Source: Mobula hypostoma
Taxonomy: Eukaryota
NCBI RefSeq assembly: GCF_963921235.1
Contig: NC_086100.1
Coordinates: 53,320,001 to 53,384,000, forward strand
Direction: 5' to 3'
DNA length: 64,000 bases
Shown piece by piece: positions 1 through 10,666 of the stretch; position 1 is the stretch's first letter; every line of letters starts with the position of its first letter. Position numbers and translations under genes: made by a program. The notes under the pieces are model-generated. The model was given only the letters and a program-made list of their open reading frames with translations, had not been told where the DNA came from and did not search any database.

Positions 1-1471
1 AGAAAGGAAAGGCAGCAGGTCCTGATGAATTAGTAACAGAACAAATTATCACCCTTGAAGATTATGGAATTGAAAAACTTACTGATATAATCAACGACAT
101 TTATGAGACTAGAATAATAACAGAAGAGATGAAAAAATCAGTATTTATCACTTTTCCTAAGAAACCTGGAGCAATAGAATGTGAATTACATAGGACCATA
201 AGTTTAATGAGTCATATCACCAAGATACTTCTAAGAATTTTGATGACAAGAGCTTAAAGTAAGATACAAGCTGAAATAGGTAAAGAACAATGTGGTTTTG
301 TGAAAGACAAAGGTACAAGAAACGCAATATTGATGTTAAGGATTCTATAAGAACGAGCTATTCAAGTGCAAAAAGATTTGTTTGTTTGTTTTATCGACTA
401 CACAAAAGCATTTGATAAAGTGAAGCACAATAAGTTACTTGAAATATTACAGAAAACTCTAGATCTGGATTCGAAAGACCTCCACTTAGTCAGAAATCTG
501 TACTGGGAACAAAATGCCACTGTAAAAATAGATGGAGAAGTGAGTCAGTTTACGAAAATCAAGAGAGGCATTAGCCAAGGGTGTGTTTTATCCCCTGATT
601 TATTTAATGTGTACAGTAAAACAATATTACAAAAAATAAGAGATATCTTGGGAATCAATGTTGGCGGTAAAACATCAATAATTTCAGTTATGCAGATGAC
701 ACTGTGTTAATTGCAAGTACGGAGGAAGAACTACAAAACTTAATTGATATAGTTGTTGAAAAAAGTGCAAAAATGGGTCTATCTATCAATTGCAAAAAGA
801 CAATGTGTGGTGATATCCAAAAAGGAGAATCCTATCTGCAGGCTGAGAATAAACGGGGAAGACATAAAACAAGTGCAGAACTTTTGCTACTTAGGAAAGC
901 TGGGTGACATCAAATGGCAGGTGCGACATGGACATCAAAAGAAGAATAGGAATGGCAAAAGAGACCTTTACGAGAATGAAGAGTATACTGTCCAATACTA
1001 AACTAGGCATGACAACCCGCCTCAGAGTACTGAAATGTTACTTTTATCCAGTTATGTTATCTGGCTCAGAATGTTGGACAATATCTATTTAACATGAGGA
1101 AATGGATCGAAGCAGCAGAGATGTGGTTTTTGAGGAGGATACAAAGAATATCATGGACGAAACAAGTATCTAATGAGGATCTCATGAACAGAGCAAACAT
1201 AAAAAGAGAAATAATGTATGAGATCATGAAAAGGTAACGCAACTTCACTGGATATGTGATTAGGAAAGAAAAGTTAGAATGCACGGTAACTATGGGAAAG
1301 ATTGAAGGGAAGAAAGCAAGAGAAAGACAAAGACAAATGATGATGGAGATGGCAGCCAGAGAACTGGAAATGAAAACCAATGAATTGATCTACTTGACCT
1401 GAAACAGGAGTGTGTGGGCCATGGCGGTCAAAGCTCAAACTGGGCACGGCACCTGACGATGATGATGATGA
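1..1471 (+). mobile_element. RTE-clade LINE, 3' part (frameshifted RT)
   Basis: RT motifs CFIDYTKAFDKV, GISQGCVLSPDLFNVY, YADDT and SGSECWT are spread over several frames; ends in a (GAT)n microsatellite tail at ~1455-1471, typical of RTE elements. Confidence 0.85.
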
Positions 1472-1954
1472 AGTTTGTAAAAATTTGGGCCAGTCAGACT
1501 TGATTTTGCAGTAATTTGATACTACCTGTACAATGCACCCGAGAATCCACAAAATTATTATCAACTACAAACATGTATTACAAACAAGCATTCTGTAGCT
1601 ACATGTCACATTTACTCCAGAAATCTTCTTGATGCTGCCTTTTCTTTAATGTTTGTTAATTTGAATTTGTGGACAATTTAAATTTTAAGCAAAAGCACAT
1701 CTGAATTAAAGACACCAGAATGCAGTCAAAAGATAAATTTACAGCTGATGGAAACAAATTGAAAATATTTCAACTGAAACCTTTGCATAAATGCACTAGC
1801 AATTCCCTGGGAAGCTTTAAGTTCCAATAATACAGAAGAATATTATATTTCATTTGCTTTAAGAACAGGCACCAAATGAATGATAGGCATCATTTTCTTG
1901 CACAATTTTGATTACACAAAAATATGAATTCCTTCTTCTAAAATATAGCTTTAC

Positions 1955-2115
1955 CTTATTTAATCTCACAATGCAATCTATAAAAGAATTCTCCCTTCTC
2001 AGAAGTTGAAACCAAATAACGTGGGGATCTTTTACTTGCTCACTTAACCAGGCTCTCCCTTCATCAGTCATTTGCAAGCCAGCCAACCTAATCATCAGGT
2101 GACCATCTTGTTGCC
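1955..2115 (-). CDS. C3orf33: C3orf33 orthologue, coding exon 4 (gene continues beyond window start)
   Basis: cag acceptor 2116-2118, GT donor 1953-1954, 161 nt; encodes (R)QQDGHLMIRLAGLQMTDEGRAWLSEQVKDPHVIWFQLLRRENSFIDCIVRLNK, resembling the human C3orf33 segment LLVKLAGVEL...AWL...LWFQLL as I recall it; phase fits exon 3. Confidence 0.9.
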
Positions 2116-2669
2116 CTGAGAAAAATGGAAGTGTTTCTTTACTAGACAAGGCAAAAAAAAGGGAAAAATTTAACACATACATGCATAACAGCAATTTGCA
2201 ATCTGGATTTCCTGTCACCCTCAGCTATTTTGTGATAATATAAGCTGCTGGGCACCCAATAAGAGGATCTCATAGTAACCACCTTTGTATGAATGGTCAT
2301 GCTGTAACTTAGAATTGAGAAAATATATTTCTGAATTTACAGGGTGACATCCTATTTGATCTGAAGAGATCTGCAAGAATTAGGTTGAGTATGAAAAGTT
2401 ACACTATTCACATTTTCTTTATCACTTATAATTGAAGTAGTAGTAAAACTGCAGTCCATCAACATATATAGGGTGATATACAGATATAGGGTGCTAAAGC
2501 AAATAATGTAACAAGCCATTTACCAGACAGAAGTTGGGTACACATGTAAAAAAAGATTCAGTTATACACTCAAATGACAGGAATTCTGCAGATGCTGGAA
2601 ATTCAAGCAACACACATAAAAGTTGCTGGTGAACGCAGCAGGCCAGGCAGCATCTCTAGGAAGAGGTGC

Positions 2670-2705
2670 AGTCGACGTTTCAGGCTGAGACCCTTCGTCA
2701 GGACT
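2670..2705 (-). ncRNA. Minimal type-I hammerhead ribozyme motif in PLE pseudo-LTR
   Basis: Minus strand reads AGUC-CUGACGA-AGGGUCUCAGCCU-GAAA-CG-UC-GACU: stem I AGUC/GACU, intact core boxes, stem II, ACGU palindrome in place of stem III, GUC cleavage triplet. Confidence 0.75.
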
Positions 2706-3548
2706 AACTGAAGGAAGAGTGAGTAAGGGATTTGAAAGTTGGAGGGGGAGGGGGAGATCCAAAATGATAGGAGAAGACAGGAGGGGGAGGGATTGTCCAT
2801 TCGTCCCCCCCATCCCTCCCCACAGATCTCCCTCCAGGCACTTATCCGTGTAAGCAGAACAAGTGCTACATATGCCCTTACACTTCCACCCTTACCATCA
2901 TTCAGGGCCCCAAACAGTCCTTCCAGGTGAGGCAACATTTCACCTGTGAGTCGGCTGGGGTGATATACTGCGTCCGGTGCTCCCGATGTGGCCTTTTATA
3001 TATTGTCGAGACCCAACGCAGACTGGGAGACCGCTTTGCTGAACACCTACGCTCTGTCCGCCAGAGAAAGCAGGATCTCCCAGTGGCCACACATTTTAAT
3101 TCCACATCCCATTCCCATTCCGACATGTCTATCCACGGCCTCCTCTACTGTAAAGATGAAGCCACACTCAGGTTGGAGGAACAACTTATATTCCGTCTGG
3201 GTAGCCTCCAACCTGATGGCATGAACATCGACTTCTCTAACTTCCGCTAATGCCCCACCTCCCCCTCGTACCCCATCTGTTACTTATTTTTATACATTCT
3301 TTCTCTCACTCTCCTTTTTCTCCCTCTGTCCCTCTGAATATACCCCTTGCCCATCCTCTGGGTCCCCCCCCCACCGCCCTCCTTGTCTTTCTTCCCGGAC
3401 CTCCTGTCCCATGATCCTCTCGTATCCCTTTTGCCTATCACCTGTCCAGCTCTTGGCTCCATCCCTCCCCCTCCTGTCTTCTCCTATCATTTTGGATCTC
3501 CCCCTCCCCCTCCAACTTTCAAATCCTTTACTCACTCTTCCTTCAGTT

Positions 3549-3584
3549 AGTCCTGACGAAGGGTCTCGGCCTGAAACGTCGACT
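3549..3584 (+). ncRNA. Minimal type-I hammerhead ribozyme motif in PLE pseudo-LTR
   Basis: AGTC(3549) CTGACGA(3553-59) AGGGTCTCGGCCT GAAA(3573-76) CGTC GACT(3581-84); predicted cleavage after C3580. Confidence 0.8.
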
Positions 3585-4329
3585 GCACCTCTTCCTAGAG
3601 ATGCTGCCTGGCCTGCTGCGTTCACCAGCAACTTTTATGTGTGTTGTCAGTTATACACTGAATGCCATGAATTTTAGCTGAAGATAACAATATGATGTTC
3701 TGTATTTAAAAAGTTGTTACTATCTTATGGAAGAAGTACAAAACCAAGCTTTAATGTCCATTTGCCAATGTTGAAAAAGATTCTATAGAAATCACCAGGG
3801 CCAACAGTCAACTGTGGTTCAGTTTGTTACACATTCAAGCAAGTCAAATCCATTAGTTATAAAGTGCTGTGAAACATCCTAAAAGGATGTTTATGAATAG
3901 ATGTTTCTCTTTCCTTCTGCCTTAAAACATGATCAGAAGCACTGCGACTCTAAATTCTGTTTTAATTTCCCAGATATCAATTTGTTTCCAAGATCTAATA
4001 ATGTCCTAGTACAGGTATTTGAAAAAAACTTCTGAGAAAACAAAATAATATGTAGAAAAAACATGCCAAATTAGAATAATGCTATTATTAGGCATGTTTT
4101 ATTAGAATTCAGACTGAATGCCGGCTAACTGATCTACTTCTGTTCTTATGCAGTACAGCTAAAATTATCCACTTGATTGTTGTACGGATGCTTAGCCAAT
4201 TAATTTAGTAAAAATAAAGTTTAACAAAATGAAAAATAAGCCATTGTGCCTAATAGTGGAAATAACATTGCAAAAATGAGATCCATGAGGTTCACCACAA
4301 AAAGCCTTTTGAAAAGAGGTAACTTTTCC

Positions 4330-4800
4330 AGATGTGCAGAGGAGATTTACAAGGATGCTGCCTGGACTGGGGAGCATGCCATATGAGAATAGGTTGAATG
4401 AACTCCGCCTTTTCACCTTGGAGCCTCGGAGGATGAGAGGTGACCTGATAGAAGTGTACAAGATAATGGGAGGCATTGATTGTGTGGATAGTCAGAGGCT
4501 TTTCCCCAGGGTTGAAATGGCTAGCATGAGAGGGCATAGTTCTAAGGTGCTTGGAAGTAGGTACAGAGGAGATGTCAGGGGTAAGTTTTTTTATGCAGAC
4601 AGTGGTGAGTGCGTGGAATGGGCTGCCGGCAGCGGTGGTGAAGGCAGAAAGGATAGAGTCTTTTAAGAGACTCCTGGATGGATACATAGAACTTAGAAAA
4701 ATAGAGGGCTATGGGTAAGCCTAAGGTAAGGACATGTTCGGCACAGATTGGTGGGCCGGAGGGCCTATATTGTGCTGTAGGTTTTCTATATTTCTATGTG
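4330..4800 (+). mobile_element. CR1 LINE 3' fragment
   Basis: QRRFTRMLPGL...RRMRGDLIEVYKI...RGHS ORF2 C-terminus plus 3' UTR ending in TTCTAT-type repeats. Confidence 0.85.
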
Positions 4801-4934
4801 CTGGATATTTAATCTATGTCACATGATTAATGTTTTGGAAGTTTAATAGAAAACCTTTGAGTACAAAACAGATATAGCAGCAGACTGCAATTCCCAAGAA
4901 AGCTGAAGACTTAATGGCCTCCAAAACTCAGTTC

Positions 4935-6670
4935 AGAAATGTCTCTTCAACAAGGGAGGGAGGCAGAAGAAAGGAAATTATAGGCCAGTTAGCCTGACCA
5001 CAGTAGTTGGGAAGATGCTGGAGTTGAATGTTAAGGGTGTGGTTTCGGGTACTCGGAGGCACATGGCAAGAGGGAAAATCTTGCCTGACAAATCTGTTGG
5101 AATTCTTTAAAGAAATAGAAGACATAGAAAACCTACAGCACAATACAGGGCCTTTGGCCCACAAAGCTGCGCTGAACATGTCCTTACCTTTGAAGTTACC
5201 TGGGTACCTTAAAACTGTGCCCTCTCGTGCTAGCCATTACAGCCCTCGGACTATCCACATGATCAATGCCTCACACCATCTTATACACCTCTATCAGGTC
5301 ACCTCTCATCCTCCGTTGCTCCAAGGAGAAAAGGCCAAGTTCACTCAACCTACTCTCATAAGGCATGCTCCCCAAACCAGGCAACATCCTTGTAAATCTC
5401 CTCTGCACCCTTTCTATGGTTTCCACATCCTTCCTGTACTGAGACAACCAGAGGATAGGAGGACAGGCAAAGGAGAATTGGTCGATGTTGTGTACATGGA
5501 TTTTCAGAAGGCCTTTGACGAAGTGCTGCACGTAAGACCCCAGGGTATTACAAGAAAGGTACTAGCATGGATAAACCACTGGCTGATTGGCAGGAGGTAA
5601 AGAGTGGGAAGAAAGGGATCCTTTTCAGATCCTGTCGGTGACTAGTGGTGTTCTGCAGGGGTCGATGTTGGAGCTGCTTCTTTTTCTAACATATGCCAAC
5701 AATTTGAATGATGAAATTGATAGCTGTGTGGCCACGTTTGCAGACAATATGAAGACAGGTGGAGGGGCAGGTAGTGTTGAGGAAGCAGAGAGATTTAGAC
5801 AGATTAGGAGAATGGGTAAAGAGGTGGCAGATGGAATACAGTGTCAGGAAGTGTTTGATCATTCACATTGGTAGGAATAAAAGCATGGACTATTTTGAAA
5901 ACAGGGAGAAAATTCAAAAAAATCTGAGGTACAAAGTGACATGTGTATGATTCCCTAAAGGTTAATTTGCAGCTGAATTGGTGATGAGGAAGGCGAATGC
6001 AACAGTAGCATTCAGTTCAAGAGGACTAGAAAAGCAAAGATATAACACTAAGGCAGTATAAGGCACTGTTGAGGACTTACCTAGAGTATTGTGAGCAGTT
6101 TTGGCCCCTTATTTCGGAAAGGATGTGCTGACATTTGAGTGGGTTTAGAGGAGGTTCACAAGAATTGTGAACCTCGTTGTGGGCCGAACGGCCTGTACTG
6201 TTCTAAGAATGATGCCAAGAATGAAAGGGCTATCATATGAGCAGCCATTGAAGGCTCTGGGCCTGTACGTGCTGAAATTTTTAAAAATGAGGGGGATCTC
6301 ACTGAAACCTATCAAATGTTGATAGACCTAGATAGAGTGGATGTTTCCATTGGTGGGGGAGTCTAGGACCAGAGGGCACAGCCTCAAAAGAGAGGGACAT
6401 CCATTTAGAACAGAGATGAGAAGGAGTTTCTTTAGCCAGAGGATGGTAAATCTGTAGAATTTGTTACCACAGACAGCTGTGGAGACCATGTCACTGGGTG
6501 CATTTAGGGCAAAGGTTGACAGGTTCTTGATTAGCCAAGGCATGAAAGGTTATGGGGAGAAGGCAGGAGAATGGGGTTAAGACAGAAATGTATCAGTCGT
6601 GATGAAGTGGTGGAGAAGACTCTATGGGCCAAGTGGCCAAATTCTGCTCCTATATCTATGGTCTTATGGA
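4935..6670 (+). mobile_element. CR1 LINE RT fragment with a nested antisense CR1 3' piece (~5115-5450)
   Basis: SCLTNLLEFF, VDVVYMDFQKAFD, GVLQGS, FADNMK motifs; minus-strand ERVQRRFTRMLPGL within it. Confidence 0.85.
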
Positions 6671-7105
6671 AATCTGCTTTCCAAAACAATAAATCCTTTC
6701 ACCAGCAACTTTATTAATCAAGAACTCACTACTAAGTCTTTTTAGAGGTTGTGTTAAATGAACAAAGCCATTCAAACTGAGAAGTTTCCACATCAGCATC
6801 AAATATTTATCTTAGTAACACCTACAACTTATAAACTGAGCTAGCACATCATTATAATACAAAACTTGCTGATTCAATTCTACAGAACACAAATTTTTAG
6901 AATGGAAACTTGTGTCTTGCAGTAACTGAAACAGAGCAAATGAGTTCCATGCAGCCACATGATGAATTTTACACTGTGCTAACAAAATTTTAGAATTAGA
7001 CATATTTAGTCACATGTAGAAGACAATATCACAATTAACATTTCAATTTTATTTAACTTATCTGTAGTTATACCTATTATTATATGTCCATAAGTGTTTA
7101 CTTAC

Positions 7106-7259
7106 TTTTTTTTTGCAGGGTTGAAATAAAAGGAAGGCTAATAGGAATGTGTTCTGTTTCCAGTCCATTCTCTGTTACATGATGTATTCTCCCTCGAAGT
7201 TTAATATTTTTTTCAATAAATTTGTTAGGTATTTCTAAGGCATTTGTAAATTTAGTAGT
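7106..7259 (-). CDS. C3orf33: C3orf33 orthologue, coding exon 3
   Basis: Not in the ORF track. cag acceptor 7260-7262, GTAAG donor at 7105; 154 nt; TTKFTNALEIPNKFIEKNIKLRGRIHHVTENGLETEHIPISLPFISTLQKK resembles human TSKF...IPVEFI..NVKLRGRL..ITENGLEIEHIPI. Confidence 0.92.
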
Positions 7260-9397
7260 CTGTTAAGATGAAGGAAAATTAACTTTCATTGTTCATCAAA
7301 ACGTATTACACAGAAGTTTCCACACTATAAAATTATAAAACAATCTTTTTTGCATACATTATGCAGTGAGTGCAAGTCAACGTGTATTAGATGTACATTT
7401 AAATGTACTCGATCTCCCAAGACTTTATCAGATGATTTTAATAACGTAAGAAACAATGTGTTACTTACGCAGTGCATAATTTTGCTGCGCTTGCTTGCTA
7501 GATTAAAATTATATGTCTGATAGCAATAAATTAAAACATTCTGTGATAATTCAATTTGATGGAAGAAAGTACAGGAATTAAACTGTGTTCCTCATATATA
7601 GATGCTGAACAAAGTACAAAAAAAATCCCAAGACTGATTACAATGCATCCAATCTTCATTGCATTTTTTAAGTAAATCATTCCCCTAAGGCTCTGTGCTT
7701 GTAATTTGGAATATTTTGCTCTATACTATTAAGGCTATTTTGTCACAGAAGGCTTGACGAATAAGGTAGAGCTTCGTTCAAACTGTTTTTTGTGCATCTA
7801 CAGTTTCTAGAGACAAACGTGAGAAAGTGATTCTCTCTGGGTACTATATTGATTATAGAGCTTGGAATGTGATCATCTCTTTCATAAAGCAACTGGCATA
7901 CTGAACGTACATTGCCTCCACAGGTAACACATGGATGAGTTTAGACAGACAAATCTTCTTCGAAGAGTTGAAATGTCTAATACCACAGGGCATGCACTTA
8001 AGGTGTGAAGGGGTAATTTCAAAGGAGATGTGAGGGGCAAGTTTATTTACACGAAGAGTGGGGAGTGTCTGGAATGGTTGTCTGGGCTGGTGGCAGAGGT
8101 AGAAATGTTAGAGACTTTTAAGAGACATTTAGATAGGCACATGAATGCGAGGAAAATGGAAGGATATGGACACTGTGCAGGCAATGGGGATTAGTTTACA
8201 AACACAAAAAAAAATCTGCCTGAAATGTCGACTATACTTTTTTCCATAGCTGCTGAGTTCCTCCAGCATTTTGTATGTGTTACTTGAATTTCTAGCATCG
8301 ACAGATTTTCTCGTTTTTAAAAATCTGCAAAAGCTAGAAATCCAAGGCAACACACACAAAATGCTCGAGAAACTCGGCAGGTCAGGCAGCATCCATGGAA
8401 AGGAATACACCGTCAATGTTTTGGGCCGAGACCTTTCAACAGGAATGGAAAAAAGATGAGTAGTTAGGTTAAGAAGGTGGGGAGTGGAGAGAAAGAAGTA
8501 GGTGAGTAGTGGGTGATAGGCGAAAACCGGGAAAAGGGGAAGGGGGTGGAGTAACAAGCTGGGAAGTTGATTGGTTACAGAGATAAAGGACTGGGGGGCA
8601 GTATCTGATAGGAGAGTTAGAAGAGCATGGAAAAAAGGGAAAGGGGAGGAGCACCAAAGGGAGGTGATGGGCAGGTAAGGAAAAAGGTGAGAGAGGGAAA
8701 AAGGAATGGGAAATAGTGAGGCGGGGGGGATTACCAGAAATTTGAGAATTCGATGTTCACACCATCAAGTTGGAGGCTACCCAGACAGAATACAAGACCA
8801 TAAGACATAGGAGCAAAATTAGGCCATTTGGCCCATCATGTCTGCTCCACCATTCAGTCATGGTTGATCCTTTTTCTTTCCAACCTCATCCTTCTCCTCG
8901 TAACCTTTGATGCTGAGTCCAATCAAGAACCTATCAAGTTCTGCCTTAAATGCACCCAATAACCTGGCCTCCCCAGCTGCCTGTGGTAACAAATTCCACA
9001 AATTCATCATCCTCTGGCTAAAAAAATTTCTCTGCATCTCTATTTTAAATAGATGCCCCTTTATCCTGAGGCTGTGCCCTCTTGTCCTAGACTCCCCCAC
9101 CATGGGAAACATCCTTTCCACATCTACTCTGTTTAGGCTTTTCCACATTTGAAAGGTTTCAATGAGATCCCCCCTTCCTTCTAAATTCCAGCGAGTACAG
9201 ACCTAGAGCTATCAAATGTTCCTTGTATAAGCCTTTCATTCCTGGAATCATCCTAGTAAACCTCCTCTGAGCCCTCTCCAATGCCAGCACAACTTTTCTT
9301 AGATGAGGAGCCCAAAACTGTTCATAATACTCAAGGTGAGGCCTCACCAGTGTCCTAAAAAGCCTCAGCATCACATCCTTGCTCTTGTGTTCTCCAC

Positions 9398-10666
9398 CAA
9401 CGGTCCCCAACTACCCGGCCGCAAAGCATGTGCTACTGGGCCGCGAAGAAACGATATGATTTGGCGAAATGAAACGATATGTGTCAGCTGCATCTTTCCT
9501 CATTCCCTGTTATTCCCACTGTTGAACTTTAACGCATGCGAGGTCATTAGGCAAGCGAGGTCATCACGCAAGCGAGGTCATCAGTGATGTGCAAAGGAAT
9601 GGGTCCATGACCCATTTGTGAATGTCCCCGGTGATTCATCCATGTCAGTGCAGGAAGATCAACTCCTCGAGCTCGCAAATGACAGTGGGTTGAAAAGTAT
9701 GTTTGACATAACATCTCTGCCAGCATTTTGGATCAACGTTATGGCTGAATATCTTGAGATAGCCACGAAAGCATTGAAAATGTTGCTTCCATTTCCAACA
9801 TCATATTGCTGCGAAGCAGAGTTTTCTGCAATGAATGCAATGAAAACTAAATTGCAGAATAGACTGGACATAAGGAGCCCCCTTCGAGTATCGCTGTCTC
9901 CCATCACCCCTCGATAGGACCATCTTGTTGCAGGAAAACAAGCCCAGGGCTCCCACTGATTCAGCGATATTGGTGTGTTGCAATGATTTTATGTGTTCAT
10001 ACAAGGAAAATATGCACTGTGTGTTTAATATCCAAACATTACTTAAAATGTTATGATACTATTGATTTATAAGTGACTTATAATTCAGTGGTCCCCAACC
10101 TCTGGCCGCAGAGAATGCAGCGGTACAGCAGTAGCCAGAACGCACCCAGCACATCTTTAAGAAAAAAGCCTAAATAAACAAGCTAATTAATTAGGTGCCG
10201 CCCGGCATGTAAATGTCGGCCCAGATCAGAGGTGATTGTCAATTGCGTCGCCTCTGATCTGGGCCAACATTTACATGCCGGGCGGCACCTAATCAATTAG
10301 CTTGTTTATTTTGGCTTTTTACTTAAAGATGTGCTGGGTGCGTTCCAGCCACCACTGCATTCTTCACGGCAATGTATCGGTCCGCGGCCCGGAGGTTTGG
10401 GACCACTGTTATAATTGACCTATCACTATATTCATGTGAGGAAAATATGCACTGTGTGTTTAACATTAAATTTGTTAGATAAACCCCTTTAGAAACTAAA
10501 TTGAGTGTATTAGCTACTTATAAGTGACTTATAGTTGACTTATCACCTATATTCTGGTTGTAATTAACCACCCCCCTACCCCGCCCCCCCCCCCGAGTCT
10601 GCCGGTCCGCAAGAATATTGTCAATATTAAACCGGTCCGCGGTGCAAAAAAAGGTTGGGGACCCTG
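9398..10666 (+). mobile_element. Non-autonomous hAT (Charlie/Buster-like) element
   Basis: Termini CAACGGTCCCCAAC / GTTGGGGACCCTG; 8-bp TSD TTCTCCAC / TTCTAGAC (nTCTAGAn-type target); hAT C-terminal dimerisation remnant FW..V.AEY.EIA.KALK.LLPFPTSY.CE..FS at 9618-9917. Confidence 0.85.
10086..10408. mobile_element. Palindromic hAT MITE
   Basis: TIR CAGTGGTCCC(C)AAC / GTTTGGGACCACTG, perfect 8-bp TSD TTATAATT (10078-85, 10409-16); the body is a near-complete inverted repeat centred at ~10240. Confidence 0.85.

Larger units (their letters stand above)
2571..3646 (+). mobile_element. Penelope-like element (GIY-YIG endonuclease end plus pseudo-LTR, with an inverted pseudo-LTR at the 5' side)
   Basis: ORF 2927-3250 GVIYCVRCSRCGLLYIVET..RLGDRFAEH..VATHF is a GIY-YIG domain; inverted arms 2608-2793 and 3461-3646; 13-bp TSD TCAGTTATACACT at 2558-2570 and 3647-3659. 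Confidence 0.9.

Noticed and set aside
9618-9917. ZBED5/SCAND3-like domesticated gene
   Set aside because: Three copies in the window, bounded by TIR ends (TSDs on two of them) and encoding only the C-terminal fragment: non-autonomous transposons.
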